64,000 nucleotides of DNA. It comes from Lophium mytilinum (lineage: Eukaryota). This document shows, piece by piece, positions 38,721-50,372 of the stretch. Below the pieces are notes generated by a model. The model saw nothing but the letters and a program-made list of their open reading frames with translations, had not been told where the DNA came from and made no database searches. Location: NCBI GenBank assembly GCA_010093605.1, contig MU004186.1:2088616-2152615 (forward strand). The letters run 5' to 3'. Numbering within the stretch: the stretch's first letter is position 1; each line of letters begins with the position of its first letter. The translations under genes and the position numbers were made by a program.

Positions 38721-39109
38721 CCCTCTCCCGAACATTCGCTCTTAGCTGTAGGCCGTGTACGTGATGTATTGGATGATGATGATGTTGATGATGTAGGAGA
38801 GAAGAGGTCTGGAGGAAGGTGAGGCTATATATAAGAGGTAATGTGCGCCTGCCTGCCGTAGCCCTCACCGCTATAGTGAAAGGCCACAAGTCTGGGCACC
38901 AGTGCCAGTGTATGCCACTGCTTGGGGTACCCCCTCAGGGTTTCGAAGGATCAAGGGCGATGTCTAGCTTCAAGTAGTGTAGATTAGACTGCCTCTTGAC
39001 TAATTGCCGGCTAAGTAGCCAGGCTACCCTCGACATTGGTGTTGAGTGGGCAAGTTGGAGCCGAGTGTGCCCAGATTTCTGGCCTAGGACTATACATACC
39101 TTAGGACAT

Positions 39110-39192
39110 AATGTTAGCTTTGATGGAAATGTTAGCTTTGATGGAAATGCTACTTTTGATGGAAATGTTACTTTTGATGGAAATGTTAGTTT
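39110..39192. repeat. 18-bp minisatellite (AATGTTASYTTTGATGGA), about 4.5 copies
   Basis: Near-perfect units start at 39110, 39128, 39146, 39164 and 39182. Confidence 0.92.
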
Positions 39193-39394
39193 AACGGAAA
39201 AGCAGGTTTGAGTTCTTCTTCACAGCATGCAAATCACCAAAATGCCCAGTTGTGTCTATGGAAGCAGTACATTTAGTCTACTCTATCGCCACATACAAAA
39301 AGATTCGTTCCATCTTAAAAAATCCAGCCCACGCTCCAAAACCGTGCCAAGCTCAAAGTATGTACAAAAGCACACCCTTTCTTTCTACTCTTCT

Positions 39395-41110
39395 CTAAAC
39401 ATTCACGGCCATCTTGGTGTCCGGGTCCACATGAGAGTGCATGCCCTGGGACTTGACCTCCTTCTGGATCTCGCGCGCCTTGCGCACACAGGCGCGGAGA
39501 GAGGGCTGAGCAAACACCTCGCGGATGTCCTCGAGGGTCATGCCCTTGACCTCAGGGTAGCACCACCAGACCGCCACCCAGCCGAGGATGCAGATAGCGG
39601 CGTAGAAGCCGAAGGCGCCGGAGGGAGTGGTGTTCTCCATCTGGGAGAGGAAGGTGGAGGCGACGATGACGTTGGAGCCCCAGCAGGTCATGGTCAACAT
39701 CATGGTGCCCATGGCGCGGACTTCCATAGGGAAGAACTCGGAGCTCAACCAGGCGGTGTTACCCATACCAGAAGAGTAGAATCCAACGTAGCAGACCATG
39801 GAGACGAGGACGATAATGGCGGGGGCGCCGACTTTGGTGCCTGCCTTTAGAGATAGATCGTGGTTGACTGGGATCCAGTGGAAAGCAACAGCTGCTACAA
39901 CAAGGAAGAAACCCATGAATTGCATGGTGCAGAGCAAAATCCGGCGGCGCCCAATTCGGTCGACAAGCATCAGGTTGACCCAGGTGAAAAAGAAGTTCGT
40001 TCCGGCGATAATAGTACCCACTGCGACGGGATTTGAGAAGCCTACGAGTGCGAAGAGGGTCGAGGAATAGTACATGAGCGAGTTGAAGCCACCAAGTTGA
40101 GAGATGGCCATGAGGCCGCAAGCGCAGACGAGAGCACGGAAATTGCCAGGGATGACGTAAAGCTGCTTGAGAACCCACCACTGGCTCTTGCCGGCGGTCA
40201 GGTCCTTGGACTCCTGGACGTGAATGGTGATGTGCTGGACCTTCTGGTCGACCTGGAGGTCGGTGGCGTGAGGGTAGATGGCGCGGATGACAACGCGGGC
40301 TTGGTCGGCCTTGCCATGGTAGATGAGCTGGCGAGGAGATTCAGGGCAGAATGGGAGAAGGCAGCAGAGAATGATGGCAGGGATAGCACCACCACCGACC
40401 ATGTAGCGCCAGCCACCTGTAATTTGTCAGTGATGCTCAGTGGTAAAGGGGGCCAGAAATGTCAACGTACCAACAACTTTTGCGAATCCAGCACCAATGC
40501 CGTAGGAAACCAATTGGCCACCAGTGATAGACATGTTGTCCAAGCCAATCATGCGTCCGCGATACTTGGCAGGGGAGACTTCAGCGATGTACCTGCAAAA
40601 CAGTTAGCTTGCGTTTTTCGGCAAAGGAAGCGGGAAGGCGCACATTGGCACGATCATAGCTGCTGATCCAACACCAAAGCCGACAACAAGACGTCCGACA
40701 GTCATCTGAGCGAGTCCAAAAGATGCAGCTTGAAGAATGGCCCCGAGGATGAAGAGAACGCATCCGACGTAGATAGCAGGCTTGCGGCCAAACCTGTCAG
40801 CCGTGGCACCGGCGAAGATGGCTCCGAAGAAAGCAGCACCAGAAGTGACGGAGGTGATCAGTTCTTTTTCGTTCGAGGAGAGAGTGTGACCGAGATCACG
40901 ACCGATGTAGACGAGGACGGCGGAGATGATTCCAGTGTCGTATCCGAAGAGCATACCGCCAATGGCAGCGGTGATGGAAACTAGCCATGAATATCTCCCG
41001 GTCTCGGTCTGCTCAATGGTGTCGAGGGAGTCGAGAGTCTGCCCTTCGCTGGCGACGTGCTCGACATGGTTGCTGCCGAGCTTCTCATCGACGAACTCAG
41101 AGTGGCCCAT
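39395..41110 (-). CDS. MFS sugar porter, myo-inositol transporter (ITR)-like, 3 exons
   Basis: GGMLFGYDTGIIS, ADRFGRK, YIAEVSPAKYRG, GWRYM, PESPR, SQLGGFNSLMYYS, VDRIGRR, SEFFPMEVR, YPEVKGMTLE; introns 40593-40643 and 40417-40470. Confidence 0.92.
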
Positions 41111-42497
41111 GATGAGGGAATAGGAGGTAGAAGACGGAGACGAAGACGGGGAAGACGAAGAGAGCCTAGAGATGGATGAGATGCTCTTGAAGAGTGTGGA
41201 GCTGATGCTGCTGATGATGGGCAAGAGCATGGCGATCAGGCCTGAGTTATATAGAAGTCAGAGTGTTGAAACATGCCACCCACACCCCAGATGGCCCACA
41301 CCAAAATGGCCCACATACCCCGGAGCGGGAATAGACTAGGTTTGCGGAGAAGATGGGTCTTGGAAACGGCAAGCAACTTGTTCCGCCCTGGGTCCAAGTG
41401 CCGTCAGAGGCTGGCCGAGTGGCCGAGGGGTTAGACTTCATCCCATCTGCACGCCACCATTGCAGACCACGCGACAAGGGAGATCCAGGCCATGCAGGTG
41501 CCGCGATCTGCCGCGTGGGAGTTGGTGAAGAGTCGTGGGAACCGACGTGAGGCCGACGCTTGGCCAACGCTTGGGGAGGCGATAGTATCGCCGGGGGTTG
41601 GTCTGGCTGCCGCATCCGCGCTCCACACCCTCCCAGCACATCGTGACGTCCAGAATGCGGGGACCCCAGACGACGCCTTGCATCCGGCCAGGCGGTCCAT
41701 CGTGGCTGGACGGCGCCGCCAGCACCAGGCGAGGCAGCACGGCAGACAAACTCGACGGCGCTCGGCATCCAGCACCTCAGACGTGAGTCGGATCGATGGC
41801 AAGAGGTAAGTCGGCCCGAGCAGTGAAGACGAGCGGGCTCGGACGACGGCTCGCAGCTCGGGCGGCGTCTGACTTGCCAGCGGGCGGAGAGGAGCCGGCC
41901 CCAGTAGATGCCCAGTCGCAAGGCGGCAATGATGGCAGGGAGTTCCTTGAGCAAGAAGTGGCAGGTAACGAGTCTTTGATCATACTCCGACCATTCTAAT
42001 ACTCTCGATAGATAGGATGATATATGTACATACATACACTGGCCTATCACCGCGTGAGGGCCCCTGATATGGTATCAACAACGTGAAAACGACGGTTTTG
42101 GCAAACCCGATAGCTCTCTGGGGTGCCTCCGACGAAATCCAGCTAGACTGCCACTTGATGGCCATGGTCACCGAAGTCTGGTACTGGGTACGGCAGTGGT
42201 GGCCTGGTTCCCCTCGTCCTCCACACCTCCCCGTAATGTTTGCGCCGCAAGTGGTCCAGCGGCTCGGCTAGCGTGAGCCATCTCCGCACGAATCGGCAGG
42301 CCCCAACCCCACACAGGCCAACCCCGCAAAATACTGCCCGCGTCAGCTGATTTAGGAAACTTCCTGTGCGGTCTGAAAGAGGATATCTTCAGCGGCCCTC
42401 GCCCTCTGTTGCTCCCCGCTGCCCTTGCTTCCCTCCAATTCCTTCCAGAACGTCGCTAACTCCCGGAACCACCTGCTCCATGCCGCGCGACCGCGCC

Positions 42498-45202
42498 ATG
42501 TCCAACTCGACTCCACGAACAAGAACCGGGTGCCAGGTAAGTCTACCGTGATGCTCAGGAGATCTGGTCCATTTCCTAATCTGGCATATCTTCAGAGTTG
42601 TCGTGTCAGGTATGCAGTCTGCGAACTGAAGTCTGAATCATTGAGTATTCGCTTATGATGCCGCCCCTGCTTTAGACACCTCAAATGTAAGCTTTTTCAG
42701 ACTCCCGTGATTGGCTGTGCTGATGAAGATGCTCTCCAGGTGATGAACAGCGGCCTTCGTGCTCTAGATGTCTTAAAAGCGGCATTGATTGTGTGCGGGG
42801 CTACAATATCAGATTTCGACACGGAGCCAATCCCAGGTGAGCTTTCTCACGCTTCAAGATTGATATCACCCAATATCAGCGTTCCACCACTTGGCAAGCA
42901 CGTGACTAGGGGACGTGCAATACTGCTCTTGCCCTGCCCTGTCTTTTCGTTTATTGCCATTATCAGATTGCTAACATCGACAAGCGTGGCTAACCAAAAG
43001 GGCTCTGGTCTCACCAAGTGCGACTACGACTTCGCCGAGAATCAGCCCTGGTGCCGGACAACACACACCCTCAGCTTCGTGGACGAGACTCAGGAACTGG
43101 TCAACATCTACGACCGCGACTCTGAGCCAGAGAATACGAACAATGCCGCCACTCCCGCCGAGTGGAATGGCAGCGTCCGCTCGGCCCCTGACTCTTTCAT
43201 GGTTCCCACTCCGTCAGCCACTTCTCACCCCACACCTCTCAAGACCAACAGCATAGACACCCCCAACACGTTCGATATTCCCTCACCCGCCAAAAGACGG
43301 AAGCTAGACTCGCCTTTCAACTTCTCCGATGTCTTCCATAACTCTCCAGACAGCAACTCTCGCCTGGTATCCTCTCCTGTAGCTAGTCATCACCGCCTCC
43401 GGGATTCGTTCTCTACTACTTCCGGCCACGAGCCCTTTCGGGATATACTAAACGGGGCCGACAGCTTCGAGCCGCTGGAACCAACAGATTCCCACTGCAG
43501 CGACTTTGCCACGGGCTACTCGGCTGTCTCAGAGACTCTGGCCAGGATCTACCTGGAGACACCGGCCTGGCCGCTGCAGGACCGACACGAGGCCCACTTA
43601 ATGCGGTACTTCATCGACAATCTGGCCACCTCGTTTGATTTGTGTGATCCCGATCGCCACTTTGCTCTAGTGGTCCCACAGAGGGCCGCTGTGTGTCCGA
43701 CGCTCCTGAATGCCATCTTTGCGGCGTCTGCAAGGCATCTGAGCCGAGTCTGCGAGTTCGATCCGTATGTGGCTGACAGATACCACCAAGAATGTCTGAA
43801 GCATCTCATTCCGATGCTGAACGATACTGCGGCTATCATGGACGAGAATCTACTCGCCGCTACTGTGATATTACGCTTTTTGGAGGAAGTTGAAGGTAGG
43901 GCGTCCTTTCCGTTCTCCATTCTCCAGTTTCCAAGTCTCTCCATCATACGGCCCTCTCTCTTCCTCGGAGGGGTGATTGTCCGCCAGTAGAGGAGTGGAG
44001 GTCTCGTGATGTGATCACCTCTGCGCTACCTTTGATGGTATCTCCTAGCCCTGGTTCATCGAGTTAGACTTTGCTCTGTGCATCGAGAGAAGATCCTACC
44101 CTCATTCTCCACGCGATCTACTGCACACTCCCTGAATCGGGAGCCGATATTCACTCCCATAGTCAGGTGGACAGGCAGCCCATGGCATTGGGCAGCAAGC
44201 ACATCAACAGTCTCGACCTCTCACTAACATCCCACAGTCCCGGTCTCAGGCACCGACACGCAGTCCCACCTAATCGGGACCCACATCTTCATCAGCGCAC
44301 AAGAGTCCTCGACCGTACTCGGCGGCCTGCGCCAAGCCGCCTTCTGGGTCGGTCTACGGCAGGAGGTGTACATGGCCTTTGTTAATCAGCGCTCCATCCT
44401 GCCCGCCCTGTCCCACTGTAACATCGACCGCTCCTTCGAGCCCGCCTCCGACTGCGTGTGGGCCAACCGCATTGTCGTCTTCTGCGCGGATGTGCTGCGG
44501 TACTGCTTCGGCGACACGGAGAACAGCACTAATAGAGACAGTGTGGCGACCTATAATCAGCTCGTCGAGTATAGCCAGGAATGGGCGGCGTACAAGCCGG
44601 ACTCGTTCCGGCCGATCTTTTATCGCGAGGCCAAGAGGGTCGCGGGGCCGGCGGGGGCTGATGCGTCGGGGTTTTTCCCGGAGGTGTGGTTGTTGAGTGA
44701 TAGTGTGGTGACTGGGCTGCAGCATTATCACCTTGCGAGGATACTGTTGACGGCGCATAACCCCAAGGTGCCGAGGTTGGGGCCGGCGCAGAGGGCGGCG
44801 TTGAGGATTATGGATGTTAGTTTCAGGCTGGCCCTGTTGAGAGTCACCCGTTGAAGTGAAGCATTACTGACAACGAGATAGGAGGAGATTAAAACCGATG
44901 TCCGTACGCTTTGTGGAATGGCAGAGTCGAACTCGAAGACTCCGCCGAACTATGTGTAAGTATTTCCTTGAGAGCTCGCCCTCCTTCTCTTGGGCCCCCT
45001 CTCCTGCCTGGCACCATCTGTCGCTTTCCTAATGCCTTGCAGGACCGCATCAATGGCCATAGCCATGGCCGGCGACCGCTTCACCGAACGCGCCGAGCAA
45101 GAAGCCCTGCTAGACATCATCCTGAAAACGGAGAAGATCCATGCCTGGCCGACCAGCACGGCCCAGACGCACTTGAAAGAGGCGTGGGGATGGGCGGAGT
45201 GA
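42498..45202 (+). CDS. Zn(II)2Cys6 transcription factor with fungal-specific C-terminal domain, 8 exons including two micro-exons
   Basis: Exons 42498-42536, 42596-42609, 42676-42686, 42740-42836, 42985-43895, 44238-44815, 44882-44955 and 45043-45202 assemble RTRTGCQSCRVRHLKCDEQRPSCSRCLKSGIDC, followed by EAHLMRYF...FDLCD...LLNAIFAASARHL...AAFWVGLRQEV. Confidence 0.88.
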
Positions 45203-47311
45203 CACTCTGTCTCCGAAAACATTCCAAGTATCGTTCGGTATAGGTTGAACAGGTATAGTAGGCATAGGGGGGGGCATGACGGCATTAAAAGTCAACCACC
45301 TAACAGGAAAGGGTAGGTACTAGGCTGGTGCTGTTAGAGATCAAGGAGGAAAGGGAGATGGAGGGGGGACTATACTACACCGTTTCTCAACCGAGTCTTC
45401 CAATCAATCAAAAGGTAGATTACTCTGTGCAGATCTGTATCGTGGCTAGGAGCGCTGCTCGTGACGGGAACATGACACAATCTCGCAGCGGGGTCGGGGT
45501 ATATAAATTCCTCTTTAGCTTTGATGGCTGTGCAGAGTGGTGGAGGAACTGGAAAATTCACCAACATCGGGACTAAAGCGATCAACTGTCGCTGGTGCGT
45601 TGGGAGTGCGAAACCGGCTTGCAGGAGGTATTTCCCTGGTGAACAATGTAAGCTTACATTGTATAGCGACTTCTCGAGCGGACGGAGATTTGATTTGATT
45701 ATAACAATCACCTTCAGCAAGCAATGCTAGTAGCAACCCTGGCACTCGTGCACGTAATTTTCATCTTCAATCAATACTGTGGCCTGCAAACTCATTAGAG
45801 GCTATGATACCCTATGCTTTCTGTCTTTTCCGCGAATGAAGTTTGCTCTTGCTTGTCTCCTATTCTCTACTTCAAGCGCTTGCTTAGCATCTGGAATTTA
45901 GATGAGACCACTAATTGAGGATCGACCCACTACACACAAATATTCGTCAATCCTTTATAGATTACGAGAAAGTAGGGATATTGCGTTACTCTCACTGTCT
46001 TCGTGATGGTCTTCATCATTCATGGCTCAATACCCAACCTCTTGTTTTTCTGAATTATGATTCTAATGACCGTCGCGGGCAATGATCCTTTTTAGCATCA
46101 CTAGAACAAGGTAATAATGGCGACCATGGCTAACATAGCCCCTAAACGCTTCCCGCAACAACCATGATGGGTCCGCGTGGCTATGTTACTTTCTTCAAAT
46201 CTGTCACCTCCACCACCAGATCCCCTCTTCTCGCTCGCTGATCCACTCCATAGCAGCAGTGGGTCGAATATGTTGTAGGCGCTCAGTCTCCTCGGAAGAC
46301 TTTAACGAAAAAGAGTTGATGTTAAAGGTCAGAACTATCCTTAATATACCTTCCAGAAGCTCCTCCCGTGCGCACTCAAAGTCACCATTCACTCTCCCCA
46401 TATACCCCACATGCTAAAGGTAAAAAATACATCATATCAGGGTATAGAGTTACTTTAATTTTCTGCTAAACCAAATCAACTGGGAAAGCTTTCCTAGGTC
46501 TAGGGATCTCCCTCCTTGTACGATGTCAGTCCCAAACGCAGTGAGTGCAGTGGACGACCGATGGCAGGGCGTTGCATCGTTGGTCCTCCCTATATCGAAG
46601 TTAGCCGTACCAGTGAGTCCCGGGACTCGCGCGCACCCTTTTTTGGGGGTTGGGTTCGAGTCCCGCACAAGGAAAAAGGAGGGCAATTCTTTTTGGCTTT
46701 CTCTATTACTTGGTGAATGAGGGTCGGCCATGATTGTTCCTCGCGTGCGTGCTAGCGGGAAGTATCGCGAATAGCTTGATTTCACTCTGCAAATCAAGTC
46801 AAGGAGCTCGCTCAATCGCTGCCACCTTACACTACCATAGTGGCGATTAACACTCTATAGCCGTGTGATGCAGTAGAATAGCCACTCGTTTCCGCATTGC
46901 CAGCACCGTCAGCACATTTTATTCCTCTGGGACTCTCCTATTACATACATATGCCCTTGGAAGACTACAGTATGCAGCCGCTCAGGGCAAGCTTTATCAC
47001 TGGTGTTCCAATAAGGTACCCTTTTGAGTGTCATTCAACCCAACGAGAGACTCTATCTATCTGTCTAGAAAGTCTCGGCATCGACCTCCTTCATATGACC
47101 CCTCTCTACTCGACATAATGTACGGGTTTTACGGCATTCGTACTTGGCTCTTTACTGGTAGACCTGAGTGGCTGGATTACTCTGACCATCGTGACCGTGG
47201 GTGTTGAAAGTAGTACAAGCAGTAGGAAAAGATGGGATGTCTCCCTACTACGAGGTAGTGAAGGAAGGAGGTACGAGAAAAACAAGCTGATGCTTGGTGT
47301 GATAAAATTCA

Positions 47312-48772
47312 CTATCCTCTAGGGCTTGGAGGCTTAAAAGGTCCATTAAGAATCCTGCTTCCAATAATGCCAACGGCTTCACCCCACATTCTATGCAGCT
47401 CCCCCTCCACGTTTGGCACATTGTAGTGTGGCCGAATTCTTTCTAAGAAATTGTCCAAGTCGCCAAAGGTGTGACGATACGCAGCTAACAAGGTAAGCAT
47501 GTTCCTGATCGCAATCCCCTGAACGTGACGCGCTCTGATGAGATCGGCAAATGGCCGGCCTAGGCCATCGTCAAACCCGCGATCGATGACACGCCCCTCA
47601 GAGTCTTGCAGCTTGTAGCTTTTCGGGAACAGCGTCCTCCGACAATTCGGGCATGTATCCGTAGCTCGGTGGGTTTTGTTCACCCATGTTTCCAGACACT
47701 GCGCCCCAAAGACATGGCCACACACCTCCAATTCCACCGCGTCGTTCTCGGCGTGAATCTCTTGACAGATAGTGCACTTCGCGTCTTCAATCAGCGGGCC
47801 ATCGTAGATATTCGAAAAACGTGCGATATCAAGGTCCAGACCCCTACGGTCTAGTCGGACATCCCTAGGTTCCTTCACTAATCTGGCGGCAGCTTCAGCA
47901 ACAACGCAGACGCTCTGCTGTACCTTCTCGAGTTCGGCGAGAGCGGCAGAGAGCCGCCGCGCACTTAGCACAGCGAGGTACCGCATTTCATCATCAAGCC
48001 ACTGTCTCATCTTTTCGTTCGGGTAGTTATCTTCTCGAGCACTTATGATCTTGAAATCGAGCAACAGCGCGGCGACTGCGTCCCGCATACACAGGCACTC
48101 TGATCCGGGGGTATTCAGCTTGTATTTTCGTTGAAAATGCCAGGCTCCAAACAGAGTGAAGGCATCCTTCTGGTCAGCGGTCCACTGGTTGTAGGGCCGG
48201 TTTCCGTAGAGCTGGCATTCCTGAAGGAGATAAGGCCAAGGAAATTCCCGAAGGAGATGAGGCCAAGGAAATTTCTCAGTAGTTTCGGCTGAGTTATCGC
48301 GCAATCGATCATTAAGGGCACCCATGCGTTTGTCGAGGTATCCTTTTCGCAGGTGCGTATACATCGAACGCCTACGCATCATGTTTTCGGGGGCCGAATG
48401 TTTTGCCTCTGGCTGACTCTCATCACTCTTTGGATCTCCAAAGACTGGGAAACCGTGTAGATCGAGCTCGAGCTCGAAGTAGGGCATAGCAAGTGAGACG
48501 TCAAAATTCTCCGGGCTCTCCATCCGAAAGTACCATAGGAAGTCTTCCTCTGCGGACGAATCAGAGTCCTGCTGTGCGGACGAATCAGAGTCCTTCTCTG
48601 CGGACGAATCAGAGTCCTCCTCTGCGTAGAAAACCACTGATTCAATGGCGCGCTTAATCTCGGTCATTGTGAATGGCGATCTGCGCGGGTGATTGATTGC
48701 GGGCAGGTTGTGGTAGATGGAGAGCAGTGTCTCGGCCGCCTGCTTCTCCGTCGTCGTCGGCCCGGCAGCCAT
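47312..48772 (-). CDS. RING-finger domain protein (intronless, 486 aa)
   Basis: CTICQE...CGHVFGAQCLETW...TCPNCR RING-like motif; internal acidic repeat. Confidence 0.75.
   Translation of the reverse strand: MAAGPTTTEKQAAETLLSIYHNLPAINHPRRSPFTMTEIKRAIESVVFYAEEDSDSSAEKDSDSSAQQDSDSSAEEDFLWYFRMESPENFDVSLAMPYFELELDLHGFPVFGDPKSDESQPEAKHSAPENMMRRRSMYTHLRKGYLDKRMGALNDRLRDNSAETTEKFPWPHLLREFPWPYLLQECQLYGNRPYNQWTADQKDAFTLFGAWHFQRKYKLNTPGSECLCMRDAVAALLLDFKIISAREDNYPNEKMRQWLDDEMRYLAVLSARRLSAALAELEKVQQSVCVVAEAAARLVKEPRDVRLDRRGLDLDIARFSNIYDGPLIEDAKCTICQEIHAENDAVELEVCGHVFGAQCLETWVNKTHRATDTCPNCRRTLFPKSYKLQDSEGRVIDRGFDDGLGRPFADLIRARHVQGIAIRNMLTLLAAYRHTFGDLDNFLERIRPHYNVPNVEGELHRMWGEAVGIIGSRILNGPFKPPSPRG
48546..48626. 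repeat. 24-bp coding tandem repeat x3 (A-E/Q-x-DSDSS) inside the RING gene
   Basis: TGCGGACGAATCAGAGTCC recurs three times at 24-bp spacing. Confidence 0.9.
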
Positions 48773-49440
48773 GCTGTGAAATGTGTATCTGAGAAATAAT
48801 GAATATGAATGCGGTTATGGGTGGGGTCGAAAGATTGCAGATGCGAATGGTTGTTACGGTCAAATAAACAAATACGAGACAAGATCAGGCTGGCCACACC
48901 GAGCCTTCGAGAAGGCACACCTGTGCATCGGAAATTGTGATGAGAAGGAGCAGAGTACATGCCGCAAGAAATCGTGGGCCGATGAATGGAAAAGATCTGC
49001 CCGACACTTTTGACCACTTTATGTAGTGTTTCGAAGGATCCCCAGAAGGTCAAGAGCTGGAAGGGGACCTCGCATCTTTGCAGTGTCGTCTGGCGAGGTG
49101 GAGGTGTTCAGGGTCTGTTTTCATCTCATCTTACTCTTGAAGAAAGGGCAGGGCGGTCTGCCATTGGTACAGGCAAGAAGACTTGTCCCGATCGTTAACT
49201 TGGCGCGTTACACCAGGAAAGGATCTGATTCACTATTTTATAGGGAGTGGCATTTTCAGTGATCCGGGAAATTACCGCCGCGAGCATGATTCCGAGGTCG
49301 CTTTGTGAGTTTATGAGTCCATTCATGTTCGAAATGACACCAGTTTGCATATACAAGAACAAAGCAGATTGGCGAACCTATCTAGAGAGTACACGCTTCG
49401 CCACGTCATGCGCAAGCTATCAAGTTTTCGAGGTATATAT

Positions 49441-50372
49441 TTACAGAGTGTCCTTGAGCATCTTGTTCATTTTGGCCATCCTGGACGAAACACTCAGATC
49501 GATAGTCCGGTCGCCAATCTCGACGACAAGGCCGCCACGGATATCGGGGTTGACCTGGTTTTATTAGCGTCAGGATACCTAGATTTTGAGGTGTAGGTAT
49601 ATATACGTACCTTGGGAACGACCTTCAGCTTCTTGCCTTGTCCGACGTATTGTGACTTGGAGATGGCGCTCTCCAACCGGCTGAGGGTTCTGTTGTCGAG
49701 AGGCTGTTATTTATGATATTGATTAGCAAAGTGGCCATGTAAGGCCATAGGCCCTTGATCCCCGATAGCCGGTCAGACTTACAGCAGCCGAAGTAACCGT
49801 GAGCTCAACCTCGCCCCTCGCAGCGCCCATGAGCACAGCAAACTTGTCGGTAACAGACTCCAAAACGCCCAGGCGGTTGTTGTCAGCAAGAGTCTTCAAG
49901 AAGTTCTTGACGATGTCCCCTTTATCCACATTGCCGATGTGCTTGGCCAACTCGGCGACGATCTGGTTCTTGTCGCCAACGGTGAGCATGGGGGCATGCA
50001 GGACAGTGTTGAGCTTGGCGTCCTTCTTGAAGACGGCGGCGAGCGTCTCGAGGGCTTTGGAGGTGCTGTCGAGAGCGGAGGTCTTTGCGGCGGCCGTGTA
50101 CTGCGAGGAAAAAGCGAGTTAGCTCGGATGTGCCATTGAAGCGCGTGGGGATCCGAATGGTCGAGTCCGCCATCTCGAATGACTCCACAGAGCTGACAGT
50201 CACATACCAGAGCACTGGCATAGGTTCCGTCAATGCCGTAGAGCGCAACCGGTGGCCTCGTCGTCGCGGAAGCGGCAGCTTGGGCATAGCATCGGAAGGA
50301 GGCCCGTGGAGCAATTGGAGCTTGGCTGGTAGCCGACCGCGCCGCCTGGGTGAGGACCCGACCAGAGAACAT
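49441..50372 (-). CDS. ATP5: Mitochondrial ATP synthase subunit 5 (OSCP), 4 exons
   Basis: Transit peptide, RPPVALYGIDGTYASALY, NFLKTLADNNRLG, GEVELTVTSA, VNPDIRGGLVVEIGDRTIDLSVSSRMAKMNKML. Confidence 0.95.

Noticed and set aside
39110..39192. CRISPR-like or telomere-like interpretation of the short repeats
   Set aside because: Eukaryotic DNA, no unique spacers and no TTAGGG arrays.
41111..41230. In-frame upstream ATG giving a 40-aa Ser-rich extension of the transporter
   Set aside because: It lies about 20 nt from a TATA-like element, and the stretch resembles a pyrimidine-rich 5' UTR; the ATG at 41110 is more plausible.
41247..42050. 267-aa minus-strand ORF upstream of the transporter
   Set aside because: Arg/Pro/Ala-rich translation of GC-rich promoter DNA with no domain features.
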